From NCBI GenBank assembly GCA_041576015.1, contig JBFGLT010000001.1:5918-69917 (forward strand): a stretch of 64,000 nucleotides of DNA. Reading direction: 5' to 3'. Shown here piece after piece: positions 18,150 to 26,610 of this stretch. Each line of letters starts with the position of its first letter. Position 1 is the stretch's first letter. The position numbers were made by a program, and so were the translations under genes. This DNA comes from Acidimicrobiales bacterium (lineage in GTDB: Bacteria > Actinomycetota > Acidimicrobiia > Acidimicrobiales > SZUA-35). Below the pieces are notes generated by a model that did not search any database, was not told the DNA's origin, and saw only the letters and a program-made list of their open reading frames with translations.

Positions 18150-19136
18150 ATGGACGACTCCCCTGCTCCAACCACGCTGATCACCGGAGCGACCGGATTC
18201 CTCGGCCGTCATCTCGTCGCCGCGCTGGCCGGTGGCTTGGACGGCCTCGGGCCGGTCGGGACCACCCGGCCTCGCCGGATCCATGCCGTCACCACCCAGG
18301 CAGACCCCGTGTTCGAGGGTGTGGACCAGGACGCGATCGTCACTCACCGGACCGACCTGACCGACGGGAGCGCAGTCGACGAGCTCGTCGAGGAGGTTCG
18401 TCCCGACGAGCTCTTCCATTTGGCCTGGTCGAACGCTCCTTCAGCTGACCGATACAGCGATCCGGCCAACCACGACTGGGTGGCGGTCACCGAACATCTG
18501 GTCGAAGCCTTTGCCCGGGCTGGCGGACGTCGCGCCATCGTCGCCGGCAGCTGTATCGAATACGGCCCCGAGGGCGGCGTACTGTCCGAGGACCGACCGG
18601 CTGACCCCGACTCGGTCTACGGGCGCTGCAAGCTCGACGCCGGGCAACGAGCGCTGGCGATCGGCGACGAGTACGAAGGTCTCGGCGTCACGGTGGCCCG
18701 CATCTTCTTCGTGCTCGGCCGCTACGAGGAGCCGAACCGGCTGGTACCGCACATCATCACCCAGCTCCTGGCCGGCGAGACGGCCGAGCTGTCGTCAGGC
18801 ACACAGCGGCGTGACTACCTCCACGCATGGGACGTCGCGCTCGGACTGATCGCCCTCGCCGAAAGCTCCCTCACCGGGTATGTGAACATCGGTCGTGGCC
18901 AGGCCGTTTCGGTCAAGGAACTGGCCCAGCTGGTCGGGGAGGCTGTGGGGCGGCCCGATCTCCTTTGGTTCGGCGCCCGTTCGGGCGGGCCCGACACTGC
19001 CGGGGAGATCACCGCCGACATCTCCAGAATCACCGAGAACACATCCTGGCGGCCACAGCTTGATCTCCCGGCAGCAGCCGCCGATGTGGTCAAGTGGTGG
19101 TCTTCGCAGCTGGGCACATCGGCCGGTGTCCGCTGA
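18150..19136 (+). CDS. NAD-dependent epimerase/dehydratase (extended SDR)
   Basis: TLITGATGFLGRHL, GSCIEYG and YGRCK (YxxxK). Divergent from fcl. Confidence 0.75.
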   Translation: MDDSPAPTTLITGATGFLGRHLVAALAGGLDGLGPVGTTRPRRIHAVTTQADPVFEGVDQDAIVTHRTDLTDGSAVDELVEEVRPDELFHLAWSNAPSADRYSDPANHDWVAVTEHLVEAFARAGGRRAIVAGSCIEYGPEGGVLSEDRPADPDSVYGRCKLDAGQRALAIGDEYEGLGVTVARIFFVLGRYEEPNRLVPHIITQLLAGETAELSSGTQRRDYLHAWDVALGLIALAESSLTGYVNIGRGQAVSVKELAQLVGEAVGRPDLLWFGARSGGPDTAGEITADISRITENTSWRPQLDLPAAAADVVKWWSSQLGTSAGVR

Positions 19137-19194
19137 CCCCGGCACCGGCGAGACTCCAGCCAGAACAGAGCATCCGACACCACGAAAGATCGAC

Positions 19195-20514
19195 ATGAGC
19201 GACAAGACAGTGATCCTCGGCAGCGGCATGGCGGCGTGGGGAGCGTTCGATCGCCTCTCAGCCGAGGGGGTGACCCCGCTTCTGTTCGACAAGAACAGCT
19301 ATCCCGGCGGACACACGGCATCGTTCCCCAACGACCAGGGGTTCATCTTCGACGACGGTCCCCACATCTCGTTCACCGAGATCGAGAACGTTCAGGCCGC
19401 CTTCGCACAGGCGGTGGACCACGAATACGAGACGCTTCAGGCCAGGGTGGACAACTGGTACGAGGGGGTGTGGATCAAGCATCCAGCCATCGCCTACCTG
19501 CACGCCCTCCCCGAGGACCTCATCGTGAGGATCGTCAAGGAGTTCATGGAGGTTTCCCAGCAGCCGCTCCCCGATTCGTTCGACAACTACCGCGAATGGC
19601 TCCTCGCCGCCTACGGCCCGACCTTCGCCACCAACTTCCCCGGCCAGTACGGAACCAAATACCACACCTGTGGCCCCGAGGTCATGAACACCGACTGGCT
19701 CGGGCCCCGGCTGTACCGCCCGGACCTCGACGAGGTCCTGCTCGGCGCCATCCGCCCCCCTCGAACCGAAAAGCACTACATCGACAAGTTCCGCTACCCC
19801 AAGAAGGGCGGCTTCGAGGGCTACCTCCACAAGTTCTTCGACGCCGCCGACCTCCGCCTCGATCACCAGGCGACGGCGATCGATCCCGTCGCCAAGACGG
19901 TGACGTTCGGGAACGGTCATGTCGAGAGCTTCGACTCGTTGATCTCCTCGGCGCCCCTGGCCGAGGTAGTGAAGATGCTGCCCGACGTGCCCGACGACAT
20001 CCAGGAGGCGGCCAGCCTCCTCGCATGTAGCCAGGCGGTCATCGTGAATGTCGGCGTTGACCGTGACGATCTCTCGCCGTGCCACTGGCGGTACATCTAC
20101 GACGAGGACATCCGCTCGGTCCGGTTGAGCTTCCCCCACATGTTCTCGCCGACGACCTGTCCCCCCGGCCACGGTGCCGTGCAGGTGGAGGTGTACTACT
20201 CCGACAAGTACAAGCCGCTCGACCACAAGCCCGAGGATGACATCGAGCCCGTCGTCTCCGAGCTGAAGCTGATGGGTGTCCTTCGGGAGGACGAGAACAT
20301 CGTGTTCTCAGAAGCCCGGCTGATCGAGTACGCCAACGTGATCTTCGACCTCGATTCGACCCCGTCCGCGACCAGGGTCCAGGACTACCTCCGATCGTTG
20401 GACATCCAGTACTGCGGCCGCTACGGCGACTGGGCCTACATCTGGACCGATCAGAGCTTCCTGAGCGGGCAGCGGGCCGCCCAGCGGGTGCTCGACCGAC
20501 ACACCAGTAGCTGA
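19195..20514 (+). CDS. FAD-dependent oxidoreductase, UDP-galactopyranose-mutase-like / amine-oxidase fold
   Basis: The internal ATG at 19195 gives MSDKTVILGSGMAAWGAFDRL (GxGxxG) followed by NSYPGGH. The C-terminal GRYGDWAYIWTDQS resembles the UGM GRLxxYxYxxMD motif. Confidence 0.6.
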   Translation: MSDKTVILGSGMAAWGAFDRLSAEGVTPLLFDKNSYPGGHTASFPNDQGFIFDDGPHISFTEIENVQAAFAQAVDHEYETLQARVDNWYEGVWIKHPAIAYLHALPEDLIVRIVKEFMEVSQQPLPDSFDNYREWLLAAYGPTFATNFPGQYGTKYHTCGPEVMNTDWLGPRLYRPDLDEVLLGAIRPPRTEKHYIDKFRYPKKGGFEGYLHKFFDAADLRLDHQATAIDPVAKTVTFGNGHVESFDSLISSAPLAEVVKMLPDVPDDIQEAASLLACSQAVIVNVGVDRDDLSPCHWRYIYDEDIRSVRLSFPHMFSPTTCPPGHGAVQVEVYYSDKYKPLDHKPEDDIEPVVSELKLMGVLREDENIVFSEARLIEYANVIFDLDSTPSATRVQDYLRSLDIQYCGRYGDWAYIWTDQSFLSGQRAAQRVLDRHTSS

Positions 20515-20521
20515 CCTGCCG

Positions 20522-21031
20522 GTGACCATCGCCCGGACCGCCGGTCTCGACTTGGTGGGCGACGGCCGGCTGTTCTTGACTGGTCCGGTGCCGGTCTTCG
20601 ACTTCGAGTTCACCGTCGACGCCCCCCTCCACCGCGTCCGGGCCTTCCATCACGACACGTCGGCCTTGAAGATCCTCACACCGCCGCCGACGATCATGCA
20701 GATCCACTCGATCGAACCCCTCGCTGAGGGTTCGGTCAGCCGGTTCACCATCTGGGCCGGTCCGATTCCGATCCGCTGGGAAGCGACGCACTGCGACGTC
20801 GACGAGCACGGCTTCACCGACGTGCAGACCGACGGCTTGATGGCGTCGTGGAGACACACTCACCGCTTCATCGACCAGGGTGACATGACGACTCTGGTCA
20901 AAGAACACATCGAGTACGATCACCCGACGGGACCGGCGGGCATCCTCAGCCGGCTGATCTTCGGCAAACCGGCTCTCCGGGCGCTCTTCGCCTACCGACG
21001 GTTCCAGACCCGGCGGCACTGTCGCAACTGA
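20522..21031 (+). CDS. SRPBCC-superfamily-like small protein (function unknown)
   Basis: 169 aa, starting 8 nt after the flavoprotein stop. The size and the alternating beta/long C-terminal helix pattern suggest an SRPBCC/cyclase-like fold. I recognise no catalytic motif. Confidence 0.45.
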   Translation: MTIARTAGLDLVGDGRLFLTGPVPVFDFEFTVDAPLHRVRAFHHDTSALKILTPPPTIMQIHSIEPLAEGSVSRFTIWAGPIPIRWEATHCDVDEHGFTDVQTDGLMASWRHTHRFIDQGDMTTLVKEHIEYDHPTGPAGILSRLIFGKPALRALFAYRRFQTRRHCRN

Positions 21032-21062
21032 ACGACAGCGGCTCGGCAGGGGAACCGCCGGA

Positions 21063-24000
21063 TCACAACTGCACGCAATCGGCTCCGAACAGGACTCGCA
21101 GGTCGGCGATCACACCGTTGCCGGTGTCGACCGCATAGCTGTCGCTCAAGCGGAGGAGTTTCGGTGCCCCCAGATCGATCATGACCGGCGTACGTCCGGG
21201 ATGTTCGAGCAGACACGACTTGAGGTCGGCGACGGCGTGGTCCGACAGTTGGGCCGGTCGCACCACGAGGGTGATGGGCCGCTCGGCGGCCAGCGCTTCG
21301 GCATCGAGCACCTCGACCTGGGAGACCATCAGCTTCGGCTCATCGTCACGCCGGCTCACCCGGCCGCGGATGATCACGATCCGATCGTCCTCGAGCAGGT
21401 GGCCGTAGTCGGTGAACGTGCGCGGAAACACCATCGCCTCGATGCTGGACGACAGGTCCTCGAGCATCATCACAGCCATGAGCTCGCCCTTCTTCGTCCA
21501 CTTCTTCTGGAGGGCCGACACCACGCCGCCGACAGCAACCTGGGTGCCGTCGTCGAACTCGTGCAGGCCGGCGATGGTCTCCGAGGCGCGGGCGGCCAGT
21601 GCCGCTTCGACCCCCATCAGCGGATGATCGCTCACGTACAGCCCGAGCATCTCCTTCTCGAGCTTGAGGCGGGCTGATTTGTCGAAGGTCTCGCCCGCCG
21701 GGATCGGTGGTCGGTCGTCGAATCCACCGGCGTCGTCGTCCACGGCGCCAAACAGGGTCATCACCCCCATGTCCTTCTCCCGGCGAGCCTTGATCGTCTG
21801 GTTCACGATGTCCTCGCAGACCATGAGCAGGCCCCTTCGGGGGTGCCCGAGCGAGTCGAAGGCGCCCGCCTTGATGAGGGACTCCACCGCTCGCTTGTTG
21901 AGCACCGACAGATCGACCCGATCGCAGAACTCGATGAAGGACTCGAACCGACCATTCGCCCGGCGCTCCTCGAGGATGAGCTCGACGATTCCCTCGCCGA
22001 CATTTCGGACCGCCGAGAGCCCGAAGGTGATGGCGTTGAGCTTGACGCCGTTGCGTTCGGACCCGTCGGGATCGGCGATCGAGCCGAAATTGAGGTCGGA
22101 TCGGTTGACGTCGGGAACCAGCACCTTGACGCCGAGTTGCCGGCACTCGTTGAGATAGACCGCCGCCTTCTCCAAGTCGTGCTTGACGCTGGTCAACAGG
22201 CAGGCGAGGTACTCGGCCGGATAGTTGGCCTTCAGGTAGGCGGTCTGGTAGCTGACCAGCCCATAACCGTAGGAGTGGCTCTTGTTGAAGGCGTAGTCGG
22301 CGAAGCCCTCGATCACCTCGAACTTGGCCATTCCGAAGTCCTCGCCGTAGCCGTGCTCGACACACCCGGCGATGAACCGCTCGCGCTCTTCGGCCATGAG
22401 CTCGCGGTTCTTCTTGCCGGCCGCCTTCCTCAGGTTGTCGGCCTCGGCCAGGGTGTAGCCGGCGAACTTCTGGCTGAACCGCATCATCTGTTCCTGATAG
22501 ATCATGAGGCCGTAGGTGTCGCCGAGAATCTCCGCTTCGTCGGGATGGTCGTAGACGATCTCTTGTTTGCCGTTCTTGCGATCGGCGTAGTCGTTGTGCA
22601 TGTTCTTGGCCATGGGTCCTGGCCGGTACAGCGCCATGAGGGCGGCGACGTCCTCGAACTCGGTCGGACCCATCCGGCGAATCAGGGCCCGCATCTGCGG
22701 CGACTCCAGCTGGAAGACCCCGATGGTCAATCCCTGTTTCAGCAGGTCGTAGGCGACCGGGTCGGAGAGATCGACCCGATCGATGTCAACATCGACACCG
22801 TGCACCTCCCTGACCAGCGCCAGGGTGTCGGTGATGACATCGAGGTTGCGCAGGCCGAGGAAGTCCATCTTGAGCAGGCCGAGGTCATCCACGCCGTGCA
22901 TCTCGTACTGGGTGACGACCGGGGCCTCTTCGACGGGCACGTTCTTGTCCGGCTTGCGCTGGATCGGTACGAGCTCGGTCAGCGGGTCCTTGGTGATCAC
23001 GACGGCGGCGGCGTGAATCCCGTCGGAGCGGCGCAAGCCCTCCAAGCCCTTGGCCACCTCCACGACGGCCTCGACGTCGGGGTCGGTGTCCACCATCTCC
23101 CGCAGATCCTTGGCCATCTTGTAGCCGTCGGCGTACTTCTCCGATTCCTCCAAGCAGTACTTGAGCGGGGTGTCCCGTCCCATGATCAACGGCGGCATCG
23201 CCTTGGCGATCCGGTCGCCCACCGCATACGGGAAGCCGAGCACGCGGGCGGCGTCACGCACGGCGGCCCGGGCTTTGATCTGGGAAAAGGTCACGATCTG
23301 GGCGACGTGGTCCCGGCCGTACCGCTCGGCGCAGTAGCGGATCATCTCGTCCCGATACCGCGAGTCGAAGTCCATGTCGATGTCGGGCATGGAGATACGG
23401 GACGGATTGAGGAACCGCTCGAACAGTAGGTCGTACTCGATCGGGTCGAGGTCGGTGATCCACAGGCAATAGGCCACCGCGCAGCCAGCCGCCGAGCCGC
23501 GCCCGGGACCGACCCGAATTCCGCTGCGACGGGCGAAGGCGATCAGATCCCAGGTGATCAGGAAGTAGGAGCTGAATCCCATGTTCTTGATCACGTCCAG
23601 CTCATAGGCCAGGCGTTCGACGATGGAGTCGGTGAGGCCGTCTCCCCATCGCTTCCTCGCCCCCTCCATCGTGAGGTGCTGGAGATAGTCGTCGGCTCCC
23701 CCGAAGCCCTCCGGGATCGGGAACTCGGGGAGTTGTGGCTTGCCGAACTCGATCTCGACGTTGGCCCGTTCGGCGATCCAGAGCGTGTTGTCGCACGCCT
23801 CGGGCAGCTCGGCCCACTCCCGACGCATCTCGGCCGCCGACTTCAAGTAGTGCTGGTCGCCGTGGAACTTGAAGCGGTCCGGGTCCGAGATCAGCGATCC
23901 GGTTTGGACACACAAGAGCGCATCGTGAGATGTGTGGTCGCCCTGCTCGGTGTAGTGCGAGTCGTTGGTGACGATGACCGGCGCGTTGAGCCTGCGGGCA

Positions 24001-24620
24001 ATGTCCAGCAGCTGGGGGTTCGTGCGCGCTTGTTCGGGGATGCCGTGGTCCTGGAGCTCGACGAACATGTTGTCCTGACCGAAGATCTCCTGGAGGCGGC
24101 CGGCCTTGTCGAGCGCCGCCTGCTCGTTGCCCTGCATGAGCGACTGGAGGACCTGTCCGCCGAGACAGCCGGTTGTGATCATCACACCCTCGGCGTGGTC
24201 GCTGAGGACATCCCAGTCGACGCGCGGCTTGTAGTAGTACCCCTCCATGAACGCCCGGGACGCCAGCTGGATCAGGTTCCGGTAGCCCGTGTTGTTCTCG
24301 GCGAGGGCGGTGAGGTGGTAGTAGAGCTTCTTGCCGCCGTCGGTGTCCCCACCGGAGTCGTCGAGCCGGCCACGCCGGTTCGGGCGCTCGTGACGGGAGT
24401 CCTCCGCCTGGTACAGCTCACAGCCGATGACCGGCTTGATCCCCTGGGAGCGGCATGCCTTGTAGAAGTCGAGGACGCCGTACATGTTGCCGTGGTCGGT
24501 GATCCCCAGTGCCGGCATCCCGTCGGCGGCTGCCTTGGCCACCAGATCGTCGAGCCGTGACGCCCCGTCGAGCATCGAGAACTCCGTGTGGACATGGAGA
24601 TGAGTGAACGACGATCCCAC
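21063..24620 (-). CDS. dnaE: DNA polymerase III alpha subunit
   Basis: 1185 aa. PHP domain FTHLHVHTEFSMLDGA, palm/fingers motifs PDIDMDF and FNKSHSYGY. GTG start at 24620 preceded by GGAAGGGG. Confidence 0.98.
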   Translation of the reverse strand: MGSSFTHLHVHTEFSMLDGASRLDDLVAKAAADGMPALGITDHGNMYGVLDFYKACRSQGIKPVIGCELYQAEDSRHERPNRRGRLDDSGGDTDGGKKLYYHLTALAENNTGYRNLIQLASRAFMEGYYYKPRVDWDVLSDHAEGVMITTGCLGGQVLQSLMQGNEQAALDKAGRLQEIFGQDNMFVELQDHGIPEQARTNPQLLDIARRLNAPVIVTNDSHYTEQGDHTSHDALLCVQTGSLISDPDRFKFHGDQHYLKSAAEMRREWAELPEACDNTLWIAERANVEIEFGKPQLPEFPIPEGFGGADDYLQHLTMEGARKRWGDGLTDSIVERLAYELDVIKNMGFSSYFLITWDLIAFARRSGIRVGPGRGSAAGCAVAYCLWITDLDPIEYDLLFERFLNPSRISMPDIDMDFDSRYRDEMIRYCAERYGRDHVAQIVTFSQIKARAAVRDAARVLGFPYAVGDRIAKAMPPLIMGRDTPLKYCLEESEKYADGYKMAKDLREMVDTDPDVEAVVEVAKGLEGLRRSDGIHAAAVVITKDPLTELVPIQRKPDKNVPVEEAPVVTQYEMHGVDDLGLLKMDFLGLRNLDVITDTLALVREVHGVDVDIDRVDLSDPVAYDLLKQGLTIGVFQLESPQMRALIRRMGPTEFEDVAALMALYRPGPMAKNMHNDYADRKNGKQEIVYDHPDEAEILGDTYGLMIYQEQMMRFSQKFAGYTLAEADNLRKAAGKKNRELMAEERERFIAGCVEHGYGEDFGMAKFEVIEGFADYAFNKSHSYGYGLVSYQTAYLKANYPAEYLACLLTSVKHDLEKAAVYLNECRQLGVKVLVPDVNRSDLNFGSIADPDGSERNGVKLNAITFGLSAVRNVGEGIVELILEERRANGRFESFIEFCDRVDLSVLNKRAVESLIKAGAFDSLGHPRRGLLMVCEDIVNQTIKARREKDMGVMTLFGAVDDDAGGFDDRPPIPAGETFDKSARLKLEKEMLGLYVSDHPLMGVEAALAARASETIAGLHEFDDGTQVAVGGVVSALQKKWTKKGELMAVMMLEDLSSSIEAMVFPRTFTDYGHLLEDDRIVIIRGRVSRRDDEPKLMVSQVEVLDAEALAAERPITLVVRPAQLSDHAVADLKSCLLEHPGRTPVMIDLGAPKLLRLSDSYAVDTGNGVIADLRVLFGADCVQL

Positions 24621-24638
24621 TGGCGCCCCTTCCGCGCG

Positions 24639-24676
24639 TGCGGTCCCAAATTACTCAGGTGTCGTTTCGGACCGCA
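24639..24676 (-). terminator. Hairpin between the nucleotide-sugar dehydrogenase stop and the dnaE start (terminator or 5'-UTR structure)
   Basis: TGCGGTCC ... GGACCGCA: an 8-bp inverted repeat with a 22-nt AT-richer loop. There is no U-tract. Confidence 0.3.
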
Positions 24677-24728
24677 ACGTCACCGAACCGATGAAGCGCT
24701 GACCTCGGACTCGACGATGCGGACCGGC

Positions 24729-26021
24729 TCACAGTTTGACCACGTTCGGACCGGTGACGGCGTTGCGGGTGTCGAAGACGACGGCGGCGTGATCGACGAC
24801 GATGGCCAAATCCAGGTCGCAGTGGTCGACGAGCAGCACGACCACATCCGCTGCAGCAACCACCGAGGCGGTGAGATCGACCGGCTCGACCGAGTCGCAG
24901 AAGTTGGCCGGGTCGACCCAGGAGTCGTGACACCACACGGTGGCGCCGAGCTCGGCCAGCTTCTCGGCGATCGGTCGCACGGGCGTCTGACGGTCATCGC
25001 CTGTGTTGGGCTTGTAGGCGTAGCCGAGGAGCAGCAGTGTCGAGCCCCGCACCGGCCGGCTCCGGTCGTTGAGGAGGCGGGTGATCCGCTGGACCACGTG
25101 ATCGGGCATGTGGTCGTTCACATCGTTGGCCAGCTCGACGAACCGGAACCGGTGACCCAGGGACCGCTGCACTCTCCAGCTGAGAAAGCTGGGATCGATG
25201 GGAAGGCAGTGTCCTCCCACGCCCGGTCCGGGGGTGAATCGCATGAATCCGAAGGGCTTGGTGTCGGCGGCGTCGATCGCCGCCCAGATGTCGATGTCGA
25301 GCTCGGCTGCGAAGATCGCCAACTCGTTGACCAGGGCGATGTTGACGTGGCGGAACGTGTTCTCCAACAGCTTGGAGAGCTCGGCTGCGCGCGGTGAGGC
25401 CACCGGAACGACCTCGGACACGAGATCTGCGTAGAAGGCACCGATTCGGTCGAGTGCTTCGGGTGTGGTACCAGAGACGACCTTCGGAGTGTTGTCGAGC
25501 CGGTACACCGTGTTGCCCGGATCGATCCGCTCCGGGCTGTATCCGACCAGGAAATCGGCGCCGGCCCGGAGACCGCCCGATCCGGCCTCGAGCAACGGGA
25601 CGAGGAATTCCTCGGTGGTCCCCGGATAGGTCGTGGACTCCAGCACGACCGTGCACCCCGGTCTGAGAAACGGCGCCAGCTGGCGGCCGGCCGCCTCGAT
25701 GTGACCGAGGTCGGGGACCCCGTCCCGAAGGGGTGTGGGAACGGTGAGGATGGCGAGGTCGAATCCGGCGATGTCGTCGACCTCGTGGGTCAGGGCGAAC
25801 CGCCCGCTCTCGAGGGCCATCGCCAGCCCGGCGTCGTCGACGTCTTCGATGAACGAAGTACCGGCCCGCAAGCGATCGACACGCTCGGAGTCGATGTCAT
25901 AGCCGACGACGTCGTAGCCGGCGACGACGGCCCGCACCGCCAGCGGGAGCCCGACGTACCCCTGGCCAACGACGAGCACCCGGGTGCTCTGGCGCTCACC
26001 GGTCCGTCTCTCCTGTCGCAC
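24729..26021 (-). CDS. Nucleotide-sugar dehydrogenase (UDP-glucose/GDP-mannose dehydrogenase family; WecC/Cap5O-like)
   Basis: RVLVVGQGYVGLPLAV (Rossmann), GGHCLPID (catalytic Cys) and LLLGYAYKPNTGD. The start is uncertain (GTG at 26021 or 25979). The track ORF to 26747 overlaps bpa in another frame. Confidence 0.85.
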   Translation of the reverse strand: MRQERRTGERQSTRVLVVGQGYVGLPLAVRAVVAGYDVVGYDIDSERVDRLRAGTSFIEDVDDAGLAMALESGRFALTHEVDDIAGFDLAILTVPTPLRDGVPDLGHIEAAGRQLAPFLRPGCTVVLESTTYPGTTEEFLVPLLEAGSGGLRAGADFLVGYSPERIDPGNTVYRLDNTPKVVSGTTPEALDRIGAFYADLVSEVVPVASPRAAELSKLLENTFRHVNIALVNELAIFAAELDIDIWAAIDAADTKPFGFMRFTPGPGVGGHCLPIDPSFLSWRVQRSLGHRFRFVELANDVNDHMPDHVVQRITRLLNDRSRPVRGSTLLLLGYAYKPNTGDDRQTPVRPIAEKLAELGATVWCHDSWVDPANFCDSVEPVDLTASVVAAADVVVLLVDHCDLDLAIVVDHAAVVFDTRNAVTGPNVVKL

Positions 26022-26068
26022 CGGCCCGGACCCGAACCCTGGTCCGTCTCCCACCAGACCGCCCAAAC

Positions 26069-26548
26069 TCAGAGATAGGTGCCGGTCTGCGGCGGCTGGG
26101 TGGACTGTGGGAGGGCCTGCTGGCGGTGCATTTGCTCGAGCTGTTGCCGGGCCGCCATCTGCTGGGCGAACAGCGTGGCCTGAATGCCGTGGAACAGACC
26201 TTCCAGCCAGCCCACGAGCTGCGCTTGGGCGATCCGCAGCTCGGAGTCGGAGGGGACGGCGTGATCCTCGAACGGGAGCGCCAGCGACTGCAACTCCTGG
26301 GCCAGGTCCGGGGAAAGGGCCTCGCTGAGCTCCCGGATCGAGGTCTCGTAGATATCGCGCAAGCGGTTGCGCCCGGCGTCGTCCATCGACGTGGCCCGAA
26401 CCTCCTCGAGCAGCTGTTTGATCATCGAGCCGATCCGCATCACCTTGGCCGGCTCTGAGATCGAGTTCCGCTCGACTGGCGCCTCCTCCTGTTCGCCCGA
26501 AGGCGCTTCGACGACGTCGGGTGTTTCGACAGGCGGCGGATCGCTCAT
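26069..26548 (-). CDS. bpa: Bacterial proteasome activator
   Basis: 159 aa. It has an acidic disordered N-terminus, a helical core (KVMRIGSMIKQLLEEVR ... LVGWLEGLFHGIQ) and a C-terminal tail ending PQTGTYL. The mycobacterial Bpa/PafE ends GQYL. Confidence 0.8.
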   Translation of the reverse strand: MSDPPPVETPDVVEAPSGEQEEAPVERNSISEPAKVMRIGSMIKQLLEEVRATSMDDAGRNRLRDIYETSIRELSEALSPDLAQELQSLALPFEDHAVPSDSELRIAQAQLVGWLEGLFHGIQATLFAQQMAARQQLEQMHRQQALPQSTQPPQTGTYL

Positions 26549-26610
26549 GGGTGGGATCGTATCGGTCGCCTGGGACGGCGGCGCACCGACTGTGCCGGGT
26601 TCGGGAAGGC

